Made by a program: the position numbers and the translations under genes. A stretch of 64,000 bases of DNA from an uncultured Actinomycetes bacterium (GTDB lineage Bacteria > Actinomycetota > UBA4738 > JBBDTT01). Below, piece after piece: positions 30,226 through 38,519 of the stretch; the first letter of the stretch is position 1, and each line of letters begins with the position of its first letter. The notes beneath the pieces are model-generated. The model searched no databases and was not told the origin of the DNA. It saw only the letters and a program-made list of their open reading frames with translations. The DNA is taken from NCBI GenBank assembly GCA_963742735.1, contig CAVUMN010000004.1, positions 32,001-96,000 on the forward strand, written 5' to 3'.

Positions 30226-31688
30226 TCACGCACGAGGACGAGCGCCGGGTCGTCGACGGGGTCCCCAAGCAGCTGCTGATCGGCGGGACGTGGCGGGACG
30301 CCGACGCCGGTGCGACGCTGGCCGTCGAGGACCCCTCCACCGGCGAGACGCTCTGCCAGGTCGCCGACGCCTCGCCCGCGGACGGCGCCGCGGCCCTGGA
30401 CGCGGCGGTGGCGGCCCAGCCGGGGTGGGCGGCGACGCCTCCCCGGGAGCGCGGCGAGATCCTGCGCGCCGCGTACGAGGAGATCACCAAGCGAGTGGAC
30501 GACCTCGCCGTGCTGATGACGCTCGAGATGGGCAAGCCCGTCGGCGAGTCGAAGGCCGAGGTGGCCTACGCGGCGGAGTTCCTTCGATGGTTCTCCGAGG
30601 AGGCCGTGCGCATCGACGGCCGCTACGCGACGGCCCCCGACGGGACGAGCCGGCTCCTGGTCATGCTCCAGCCGGTCGGGCCGTGCCTGCTCATCACCCC
30701 GTGGAACTTCCCGATGGCCATGGGCACGCGCAAGATCGGCCCGGCCATCGCCGCGGGCTGCACCATGGTGATCAAGCCGGCGGCGCAGACGCCGCTGTCG
30801 ATGCTCGCGCTGGCCGAGATCCTGAAGGGCTGCGGCCTCCCCCCCGGGGTCCTGAACCTGGTCACCACGTCGTCCTCCGGCGAGGTGATGGAGCCGCTCA
30901 TCACGGACGGGCGAGCCCGCAAGCTCTCGTTCACCGGCTCGACCGAGGTCGGCCGAAAGCTCATGGCCCAGGCGGCCGACCAGGTCCTGCGCATCTCGCT
31001 CGAACTGGGGGGCAACGCGCCGTTCCTGATCTTCGACGACGCAGACCTGGACGCCGCGGTCGAGGGCGCCCTGATCGCGAAGATGCGCAACATCGGCGAA
31101 GCGTGCACGGCGGCGAACCGCTTCCACGTGGCCGAGGGCGTCGCCGGCGAGTTCGCCGAGCGGCTGGGAAGCCGCATGGGCGCCATGAAGCTCGGGCGCG
31201 GGACCGAGGACGGCGTCCAGGTCGGCCCCCTCATCGACGCCACCGCGCGCGAGAAGGTCTCGGACCTGGTCGCCGACGCGCTCGCGAAGGGCGCCCGGGC
31301 CGTGGTGGGCGCCGAGCCCCCCGGCGGGCGCGGCTACTTCTATCCGCCGACGGTCCTCGCCGAGGTGCCGCCGGATGCACGCATGCTGAAGGAGGAGATC
31401 TTCGGGCCGGTCGCGCCGGTGACCACGTTCGCGTCCGAGGAGGCCGCCGTGGCGGCGGCCAACGACACGGAGTTCGGCCTGGTCGCCTACGTCTTCACCC
31501 GCGACATCAAGCGCGCGTTCCGCGTGGTCGAGGGCCTGAAGTTCGGAATGGTCGGCCTCAACCAGGGGCTGGTGTCGAACCCGGCCGCCCCGTTCGGGGG
31601 CGTGAAGCTCTCGGGCATCGGCCGCGAGGGCGGCCGCGAGGGGATCCTGGAGTACCTCGACGTGAAGTACGTCGCGATGAACGTCTGA
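30222..31688 (+). CDS. gabD: NAD(P)-dependent succinate-semialdehyde dehydrogenase
   Basis: ITPWNFP, SFTGST, LELGGNAP, KMRNIGEACTAANR, EEIFGP; GTGA overlap with the upstream gene. Confidence 0.9.
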   Translation: MITHEDERRVVDGVPKQLLIGGTWRDADAGATLAVEDPSTGETLCQVADASPADGAAALDAAVAAQPGWAATPPRERGEILRAAYEEITKRVDDLAVLMTLEMGKPVGESKAEVAYAAEFLRWFSEEAVRIDGRYATAPDGTSRLLVMLQPVGPCLLITPWNFPMAMGTRKIGPAIAAGCTMVIKPAAQTPLSMLALAEILKGCGLPPGVLNLVTTSSSGEVMEPLITDGRARKLSFTGSTEVGRKLMAQAADQVLRISLELGGNAPFLIFDDADLDAAVEGALIAKMRNIGEACTAANRFHVAEGVAGEFAERLGSRMGAMKLGRGTEDGVQVGPLIDATAREKVSDLVADALAKGARAVVGAEPPGGRGYFYPPTVLAEVPPDARMLKEEIFGPVAPVTTFASEEAAVAAANDTEFGLVAYVFTRDIKRAFRVVEGLKFGMVGLNQGLVSNPAAPFGGVKLSGIGREGGREGILEYLDVKYVAMNV

Positions 31689-31706
31689 TCCGGTCCGGGG
31701 CGTGGG

Positions 31707-33512
31707 TCAGACGGCGCGCTGCTGCGTTGCCGTCGTGCGGACGAACGTGGCCGTCACGCCGGTCGTCCCCGAGACGGTGAGGGTGCACGACGTGGCCGTG
31801 CCGCAGCTCGCCGCGGCGCCGCCCCACTGGGAGAACACCCAGCCGGTCACGTTGATGATGTTGAGGGTGACGCTCGTCGGCGAGGGATAGTTCTCGGTGC
31901 AGTCGGCGCCGCACCGGATCAGCAGGTCGGTGGATCGCACGGTGCCGTTCCCGGTCTTGGTGACGGTCAGCACGTTGCCTGACGAGGACTGCACAGTGTA
32001 GTCGCGCGTCACCGTCGTGTCGTTCGCGGCGTTGTCCGTCGCGGTGACCGTGAACGTCTGCGGGCCAACGGTTGAGGTATTGATCGCCTGGCCGTTCGGC
32101 ACCGTCCCGGTGCACGACGCCAACCCCGAGCCACCGGCCTCGTCGGCGCACGAGTAGTTCGCGTTGACGGTCGAGCCCTGCACGTAGGAGGCGTTCTGGG
32201 CGGGGTGGACGATCGTGACGGTCGGGTCCGTCGTGTCCGGCACCGGCGGGGCGGTGGCCGAGGTGAACAGCTGCGCGTTCCCCGCGGCCTCCGGGGCGGT
32301 GACCTGTCCGTTCAGGACGATGAAGTCGCCGCGCCCGTCGTGGTTGTAGTCGATGCTCTCGCCGAAGTCCCCGATGCCCTTCTTGGCGTTCGTGGGCCCC
32401 GGGACGGAGACGACGGTCCACGACGAGCCGTTGCCGTTGTTCTGCAGCAGGACGTCGGGGGCGTTGCCAGCCGAACCGGTGTCGCCGTCGACCACCAGGA
32501 CGTCGATGTCGCCGTCGCCGTCGAAGTCACCGGTGGGAACCGACCGGCCCTCCTTCGTGTCGTAGCTCTTCACGACAGCCCCGAACTTGGTGGCGCCCTG
32601 GAGGCGGATGCTGGCGAAGCCCGCGGTGACGTACGCGATGTCGGGCTTCCCGTCGTTGTTGAAGTCGGCGAACGACGCCGCGGCGAACCGCCCCCGCTTG
32701 TCCGCGAGGCCGAGGACCTTGGCGATGTCGGTGAACTTGCGCGTTCCGGGCGAGGCCCCCGGGACGTTGCGATACACCCGCAGCCAGAGCTCGGAGCAGA
32801 CCACCAGGTCTTCCCAGCCGTCGCTGTCGATGTCCACCCGCTCGGCGCAGAACGCCCGTTCCTCAAGCGTGATGCCGTACTCCGGGGCGTCGCGGAAGCC
32901 CGTTCCGCCCTCGTTCTCGAAGAACCGGTTCGGGGACGGGAACTCGTCCTGGCGATCGTCGATATTGCCGACGAACAGGTCGGGATAGGCGTCGTCCCGC
33001 TTGATGTCGACGAACGTGACGAAGCGGCCCCGGCCGTAGGCGTCCACGGCGCCGTACGTATCCACCATGTCGGTGAAGTGGCCGTCGGCCCCCTGGATCC
33101 ACACCTCGTTCTCCTTCACCGCGGTGCCGTAGCCCGCACCGATGCTGCAGTAGATGTCCAGACGAGTGTCGGCGTTGATGAGGCCCCAGTCGCAGTCGTG
33201 GCGGTCCCGGTCCGGCCGCTCGGGTCGGCCCGGCAGCACCTGCCACAGCGAAAAGGTGCCGTCCTGGTCGTTCACGTAGATGTCGCCGTGGTAGCCGTGA
33301 CGGACGATCAGCACGTCGTCCCAGCCGTCGTTGTTGAAGTCCCCGACGTTCGCGCTCCACGTCTTCGACGGCTGCGAGATCCCGGCAGAGATGGCCGCGT
33401 CGTTCACCGTGACCACCGCCGTGCCGGACCCGGCCGGCGCGAGGGCCAGCGCGATGATCGCGACCGCGACGGGCGCGGCGAGCCGCCGGAGCATGTGTCG
33501 AGTTGTCCCCAT
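31707..33512 (-). CDS. Secreted FG-GAP/VCBS repeat protein with C-terminal Ig-like and InlB B-repeat-like domains
   Basis: Signal peptide; repeated D.(N/D).DG..D Ca-binding motifs; C-terminal LTVTKTGNGTV...FSQWGG...C...C. Confidence 0.8.
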   Translation of the reverse strand: MGTTRHMLRRLAAPVAVAIIALALAPAGSGTAVVTVNDAAISAGISQPSKTWSANVGDFNNDGWDDVLIVRHGYHGDIYVNDQDGTFSLWQVLPGRPERPDRDRHDCDWGLINADTRLDIYCSIGAGYGTAVKENEVWIQGADGHFTDMVDTYGAVDAYGRGRFVTFVDIKRDDAYPDLFVGNIDDRQDEFPSPNRFFENEGGTGFRDAPEYGITLEERAFCAERVDIDSDGWEDLVVCSELWLRVYRNVPGASPGTRKFTDIAKVLGLADKRGRFAAASFADFNNDGKPDIAYVTAGFASIRLQGATKFGAVVKSYDTKEGRSVPTGDFDGDGDIDVLVVDGDTGSAGNAPDVLLQNNGNGSSWTVVSVPGPTNAKKGIGDFGESIDYNHDGRGDFIVLNGQVTAPEAAGNAQLFTSATAPPVPDTTDPTVTIVHPAQNASYVQGSTVNANYSCADEAGGSGLASCTGTVPNGQAINTSTVGPQTFTVTATDNAANDTTVTRDYTVQSSSGNVLTVTKTGNGTVRSTDLLIRCGADCTENYPSPTSVTLNIINVTGWVFSQWGGAAASCGTATSCTLTVSGTTGVTATFVRTTATQQRAV

Positions 33513-33741
33513 GGGGCGTTTTTCTACTTTCAGGTGAGAAATGCCAGTGGAACACTCAGGCGCGGGAGATGTCAATACTCCGGGCTCGGACGCCGATCGG
33601 CTCCCGAGACTACTCCGTGGCACCGGCTTGACCACAGAGAATCGGAGGTGGGTGACTCCCGGCGCCTCGATCAGCCGAGTCAGCTCGGGCACGACCTGAC
33701 CGGTCTCGAACGGCTCGAACAGCCGGACGCCTCGGCCGACG

Positions 33742-34098
33742 TCATCGCCTCGTCTCGGCGATCCGGGCCTTGATGAGCTTCTTCACCAGGGCGGCGGGAA
33801 GCGAGCCGCCGACTGGGAACCGGATGGTCCCCTTGCTCAGCGAGTAGCCCTCGAGCTCGGCCGCGAACGGGGCCAGGGCGGTCCCGCTCATCACGAAGAA
33901 GGAGCAGTGCTTCGCGGCGGCGCCGAACCCGACGAGCGGCGTCGTGCCGAGCTTGTAGGTCGGGATCCGGTAGCTGATCGTCTCCACGGCCTCGGGCACC
34001 GCGGCCCGGATCGTCCTCCGAAGCTTCTCCAGGCTCCCCCGCTGGTCGGTCGGCAGCCCCGCCAGATACTCGTCGACGTCTCGCGCAGGACCGTTCAT
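33742..34098 (-). CDS. DUF1801/YdhG-like protein
   Basis: DVDEYLAGLP...LEKLRRTIRAAVPEAVETISYRIP...KGTIRFP. Confidence 0.85.
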   Translation of the reverse strand: MNGPARDVDEYLAGLPTDQRGSLEKLRRTIRAAVPEAVETISYRIPTYKLGTTPLVGFGAAAKHCSFFVMSGTALAPFAAELEGYSLSKGTIRFPVGGSLPAALVKKLIKARIAETRR

Positions 34099-34177
34099 CG
34101 AGTCGTCGAGCGTACGACTCCATCCACACGAGGCCGACAGCCGGTTTCGCACGGCGCCGACCGGGAAGGTGGCATGT

Positions 34178-34870
34178 ATGACCAAGCTCGCGATGGAGCG
34201 GTCGGTCCGCATCCCCGTCGCCGATCGAGTGACGGTCGAGGGCGACCTCGCCGTACCCGAAGGCGCCACGGGGCTGGTGGTGTTCGCCCACGGAAGCGGC
34301 AGCAGCCGGCACAGCCCGCGCAACCGCGCGGTCGCCGCGGGCCTTCGCGACCGCGGCCTGGGGACGCTGCTCGTCGACCTGCTCACGCCGGAGGAGGAAG
34401 CCGCCGACGACCGGACGGGGCGCCTCCGCTTCGACATCGACCTGCTCGCCGGACGGCTGGAGGCGGCCGCGGCCTGGCTCGCCACACGGGACGAAGCTCG
34501 CGGGCTCGGCCTCGGGTACTTCGGGGCCAGCACCGGCGCGGCGGCCGCTCTGGTCGCGGCGAGCCGGCATCCCGAGGGCGTCCGGGCCATCGTCTCTCGT
34601 GGCGGGCGACCCGACCTGGCCGGCGACCGGCTCGAGCATGTCCGCGCGCCGACGCTGCTGATCGTCGGCGGGCGCGACGAGATCGTCATCGAGCTGAACC
34701 GCGAGGCCCACCGGCGCCTGCGCGTCGAGCGCCGGCTGGAGATCGTGCCCGGTGCGACCCACCTGTTCGAGGAGCCGGGCGCGATCGAGGCGGTCGCCCG
34801 GCTGGCCGGCGACTGGTTCGAGCATCACCTCGCGGCTCCGGACCGCGCGAGCGAGGGCGCCCGGCTCTGA
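34178..34870 (+). CDS. Dienelactone hydrolase-like alpha/beta hydrolase
   Basis: FAHGSGSSRHSPRN, GYFGASTGA, VSRGGRPDLA, GATHLFEE. Confidence 0.9.
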   Translation: MTKLAMERSVRIPVADRVTVEGDLAVPEGATGLVVFAHGSGSSRHSPRNRAVAAGLRDRGLGTLLVDLLTPEEEAADDRTGRLRFDIDLLAGRLEAAAAWLATRDEARGLGLGYFGASTGAAAALVAASRHPEGVRAIVSRGGRPDLAGDRLEHVRAPTLLIVGGRDEIVIELNREAHRRLRVERRLEIVPGATHLFEEPGAIEAVARLAGDWFEHHLAAPDRASEGARL

Positions 34871-34888
34871 GAAAGAGAGGAGAGGACG

Positions 34889-35095
34889 ATGTGCTACACG
34901 TGCGGATGCAAGCTCCCTTATGAGGACCACGGCGACCCGGCGAACATCGTCGAGGACCACCTGACGAAGGCCGGCCAGACCGAGACGATCGGCAAGGCCG
35001 GGGTCAAGGCGGCGAAGGACAACCTGATGGAGCTGCTGGAGCTTCAGCGGGCAGCCGGCGACATGGAGAACCCCAAGCAGGACTACAACAGCTGA
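34889..35095 (+). CDS. Small Cys/His-rich hypothetical protein
   Basis: Strong purine-rich RBS (GAGGAGAGGA); MCYTCGC...DHGD; typical high-GC codon use. Confidence 0.8.
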   Translation: MCYTCGCKLPYEDHGDPANIVEDHLTKAGQTETIGKAGVKAAKDNLMELLELQRAAGDMENPKQDYNS

Positions 35096-35104
35096 CCGAG
35101 TCGG

Positions 35105-35713
35105 CTAGAGCCGTTCCTCGCTGCCCTCCTCGAGGGCCTCGGCGGCGAACAACGACTCGATCCGGCGGTCGGGTATCAGCCACATCAGGGCGACGAACAC
35201 GTAGAGGCCGACGGCGATCCATCGGTTCAGGAAGGCCATCGCGATGCCCGCGACGTAGAGCGCCGGCGAGAGCTTCCCCTTCAGGTCGCGGCCGAGGGCG
35301 GCGCGCAGGGGCGAGCCGGGCTCGTGCTCCGCGAGGATGACCGACTGGAGGATGTAGTACGCGATTGCCGACATCAGCATCACGACCCCGTACGTCGCGG
35401 TCGGCTCGGGGGCGAAGTCGCTCTCGCCCATCCATGCCGTCACGAACGGCGTGAGCGAGAGCCAGAACAGCAGGTGCAGGTTCGCCCACAGGACCCCGCC
35501 GTGCACGCGCTTCGTCGTCGCGATCAGGTGGTGGTGGTTGCTCCAGTAGATCCCCAGGAACACGAAGCTCAGCAGGTACACCAGGAACTTGGGAACGAGC
35601 GGCGTGAGCGCCTCCCAGCTCGCCTCGTGGGGGATGCTCAGCTCGAGCACCATGATCGTCATGATGATGGCGATCACGGCATCGCTGAACGCCTCGAGGC
35701 GCGCCCGGGTCAC
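35105..35713 (-). CDS. TMEM175-family potassium channel
   Basis: RLEAFSDAVIAIIMTIMVLEL and YW.NHH signature. Confidence 0.92.
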   Translation of the reverse strand: MTRARLEAFSDAVIAIIMTIMVLELSIPHEASWEALTPLVPKFLVYLLSFVFLGIYWSNHHHLIATTKRVHGGVLWANLHLLFWLSLTPFVTAWMGESDFAPEPTATYGVVMLMSAIAYYILQSVILAEHEPGSPLRAALGRDLKGKLSPALYVAGIAMAFLNRWIAVGLYVFVALMWLIPDRRIESLFAAEALEEGSEERL

Positions 35714-35738
35714 GCCCCCATCATTCCACCCCGGCGTC

Positions 35739-36221
35739 CTACCGGAGCGTCGCCAGGTACTCCTCGAGGCGGTCCCACGTCTCGGCGGCGCCCTCCTGCA
35801 TCCCGGACTCGAGGACCGCGTCGCGGACCTCGATCGAGCCGAGGTACGCCGTCGCGGTGAGCGTCGTCACCCCGTCGTGCTCCTCGAACGTGACCGTCTC
35901 CGGGCCGGGCTCGCTGCGGAACCCATCCGGCTGCTCGAACCCGAAGGTCCACGAGATCTCGTTCGGCCGGTCGATCTTGGTGTACTCGCCGAAGAAGACG
36001 ATCCGCTGGCCGTCGCCCTCGTGGACGATCCGCCACGCCCCGCCCTCGCGGAAGTCGATCGAGCACTCGTAGGTCTCGTACTTGCGGGGCCCCCACCAGT
36101 TCTTCATGTGCTCGCACGAGGTGTGCGCCTCGAAGACCAGCTCCTTCGGTGCCTTGAAGGACCGCGTCATCACGATCTCGGTGTCCGATGGCGTGGCCAC
36201 GGTCATCTCGTCAATCCCCAT
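35739..36221 (-). CDS. SRPBCC/AHSA1-family protein
   Basis: EIVMTRSFKAPKELVFEA, WWGP, SGMQEGAAETWDRL. Confidence 0.9.
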   Translation of the reverse strand: MGIDEMTVATPSDTEIVMTRSFKAPKELVFEAHTSCEHMKNWWGPRKYETYECSIDFREGGAWRIVHEGDGQRIVFFGEYTKIDRPNEISWTFGFEQPDGFRSEPGPETVTFEEHDGVTTLTATAYLGSIEVRDAVLESGMQEGAAETWDRLEEYLATLR

Positions 36222-36567
36222 CTGCCCGCTCCTTTCCTCGGCCCTGGAGCTCCTCCAGGTACTCGCCCAGTCGCTCGTACCGCTCGTCCCAGAACCGCCG
36301 GTAGCGCTCGGCCCACTCGGCGACGTCCTTGAGCGGCCCGGCCTCGAGCCGCGCGGGCCGCCACTGCCGCTCCCGGCCTCGCGCGATGAGCCCGGCGCGC
36401 TCCAGCACCTTCAGGTGCTTCGAGACGGCCGGCTGACTGATCGCGAACGGCTCCGCCAGCTCCGTCACGGAGGCCTCCCCCGCCGCCAGACGGGCCAGGA
36501 TCGCCCGCCGGGTGGGATCGGCCAGCGCCGCAAACGTCCGGTCCAGCTGCTCGGTCTCCGTCGCCAT
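36211..36567 (-). CDS. ArsR/SmtB-family transcriptional regulator
   Basis: FAALADPTRRAIL, SQPAVSKHLKVLERAGLI. Confidence 0.93.
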   Translation of the reverse strand: MATETEQLDRTFAALADPTRRAILARLAAGEASVTELAEPFAISQPAVSKHLKVLERAGLIARGRERQWRPARLEAGPLKDVAEWAERYRRFWDERYERLGEYLEELQGRGKERADGD

Positions 36568-36574
36568 CAAACCC

Positions 36575-36625
36575 TCCGGTTATATAACTGGACGGTAATC
36601 TACGGCCCGCCCGCGCCGCTGTCAA
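36575..36625 (-). promoter_or_regulatory. Sigma70-type promoter and palindromic operator of the ArsR-SRPBCC operon
   Basis: TTGACA (36620-36625), 17-bp spacer, TAGATT (36597-36602). Near-perfect palindrome TCCAGTTATATAACCGGA (36575-36592) just downstream. Confidence 0.8.
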
Positions 36626-36713
36626 GCGGGGAAGCGCCGTTTCCATGCCCTCCGGGCACATCGGGCGATGACATACTCGCGACCGGCGAGCCCATCGCCT
36701 TCGATGAGGTGTG

Positions 36714-36971
36714 ATGCAGGCCAAGACGGGTTCCGAAACGACGTCCGACGCCACGATCCTCACGTTCCTTCGTGATGAGGGCATCGGCGGAATCGCCGTG
36801 CACATCGCCCAGCGGGTGATGTCGGCGGCGGACCCGGGCCGGATCCTGGTGTCGCGGACCGTGAAGGACCTCGTGGTCGGCTCGGGCATCGAGTTCGAGG
36901 ACCGGGGCGCCCACCAGCTGAAGGGCGTGCCCGGCGAGTGGGCCCTCTACGAGGTGACCGGAACCCCCTGA
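36714..36971 (+). pseudogene. Mini-ORF encoding only the C-terminal half of a class III cyclase domain
   Basis: GIGGIAVHIAQRVM...ILVSRTVKDLVVGSGIEFEDRG..LKGVPGEWALYEV, nearly identical to the C-terminus of 38520-39869; GAGGTG RBS. Confidence 0.7.
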
Positions 36972-36973
36972 CG

Positions 36974-38509
36974 ATGCGTCTGGTGCTCTGGCACGGGTGG
37001 CTGCTCGAGGGGTCGGGGTCCAACGTGTACACGGCGCGGCTCGCGGAGGCCCTGCGGGCCGCCGGTCACCACGTGCTCATGCTGTGCCAGGCGGCGGCGA
37101 GCGCCTTGCCGTTCGTGGATGGGGTGGGAACCGTCTCCGCCGACGGGGTCTCTGTCATCGAGCCGACCGGCGCCGCCCCGGCGGCAGGCCGGCTGACCGT
37201 GCTCCGGCCGCTGATGGGTTCGCTCCTGCCGGTCTTCGTCCTCGATGAATACGAGGGTTTCGAGGTGAAGCGGTTCGTCGACCTCACCGACGACGAGCTC
37301 GCCGGCTACCTGCGGCGAAACGCCGACGCCCTCCGCGTGGCCGTCGAATGGCACGGCTCGGACATCGTGGTCGCCGGTCACGCCGTTCCCGGACCCTCGG
37401 TCGCCCTCCTGGCGCTCGGGCCCGGGCGGTACGTTGCGAAGGTGCACGGGAGCGACCTCGAGTACGCCGTGCGGAAGCAGCCGCGGCTGCGCGAGCTCGC
37501 CCGCGAGGGCCTGGAGGGGGCCGTCGCCGTGACGGGCCCAACGGAAGACGCCCTGCGCCGTACCGTCGAGCTCTTCCCGGCGGTGCGCGACCGGGTGGTC
37601 GTGATCTCGCCGGGCGTGGATCCCGAGAGGTTCCGGCCGGTCCCCCGCGCCGAGGGCCTCCTCACCGCCGTCGAACGGCTGGATGCCGACCCGCGGACCG
37701 TCCACGGGCGCCCCTCGGCGCTGGACCGGGACGTGGCGCGGGCCGTGGAGACACGCGACGCGGCGGAGCTCGATCGGATCGCGGAAGGGTACGACCACGA
37801 CGCTCCGGACCCGGACGCCGCCGACCGGCTGCGGGCGCTCGCCCCCCGGGCCGAGCCCCTCGTCGGGTACCTCGGCAAGCTCATCCCGCAGAAGGGGGTC
37901 GAGCTCTTCCTTCAGTCCCTGGCCGGCCTGGGCGGACCCGGGGCGCACGGGCTCGTCATCGGCTTCGGCTCGTTCCGCGAATGGCTCGTCGCGTTGACGG
38001 ACGCGCTGGACCGGGGCGACGCCGAGGCGGTTGACTGGCTTCGGGAGGTGTCGCCGATGCAGCTCGAGCTCTCCCCCGAGGCGGTGCGCGCCGCGGCGGG
38101 GTTCGCGTCTCGCGTCACGTTCACCGGCCGGCTCGACCACTCGGTCGCGCCCGAGGTGCTGGCCGCCCTCGAGGTGCTGGTCGTGCCGTCCACGCTTCCG
38201 GAGGCGTTCGGGATGGTGGCCGCCGAGGGCGCGGCGGCGGGAGCGCTGCCCATCGTGGCCCGCCACAGCGGCCTGGCCGAGGTGGCGGCCGCCCTGGAGA
38301 CTGCGGTGGAGCGCCCCGGGTGGTTCTCCTACGAGCCGGGGCCGGGCGCCGTGGGGAGGCTCACGACGGGGATCGAGCGGCTGCTCACGATCCCGAACGC
38401 CGAGCGCGAGGAGCTCAAGCAGGCCGTGAGCGACTTTGCGCGCGCACGGTGGACGTGGGACGGAGCGGCCCGAGCCATCCTGGAGGCGGCTTCGCGACCC
38501 CACCCGTAA
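36974..38509 (+). CDS. Glycosyltransferase family 4
   Basis: HGWLLEGSGSNVY, HGSDL, YLGKLIPQKG, EAFGMVAAEG. Confidence 0.88.
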   Translation: MRLVLWHGWLLEGSGSNVYTARLAEALRAAGHHVLMLCQAAASALPFVDGVGTVSADGVSVIEPTGAAPAAGRLTVLRPLMGSLLPVFVLDEYEGFEVKRFVDLTDDELAGYLRRNADALRVAVEWHGSDIVVAGHAVPGPSVALLALGPGRYVAKVHGSDLEYAVRKQPRLRELAREGLEGAVAVTGPTEDALRRTVELFPAVRDRVVVISPGVDPERFRPVPRAEGLLTAVERLDADPRTVHGRPSALDRDVARAVETRDAAELDRIAEGYDHDAPDPDAADRLRALAPRAEPLVGYLGKLIPQKGVELFLQSLAGLGGPGAHGLVIGFGSFREWLVALTDALDRGDAEAVDWLREVSPMQLELSPEAVRAAAGFASRVTFTGRLDHSVAPEVLAALEVLVVPSTLPEAFGMVAAEGAAAGALPIVARHSGLAEVAAALETAVERPGWFSYEPGPGAVGRLTTGIERLLTIPNAEREELKQAVSDFARARWTWDGAARAILEAASRPHP

Positions 38510-38519
38510 GGTCCTCGCC

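Noticed and set aside
33540-33580. Promoter with a perfect TTGACA upstream of the FG-GAP gene
   Set aside because: No convincing TANNNT at 16-18 bp spacing.
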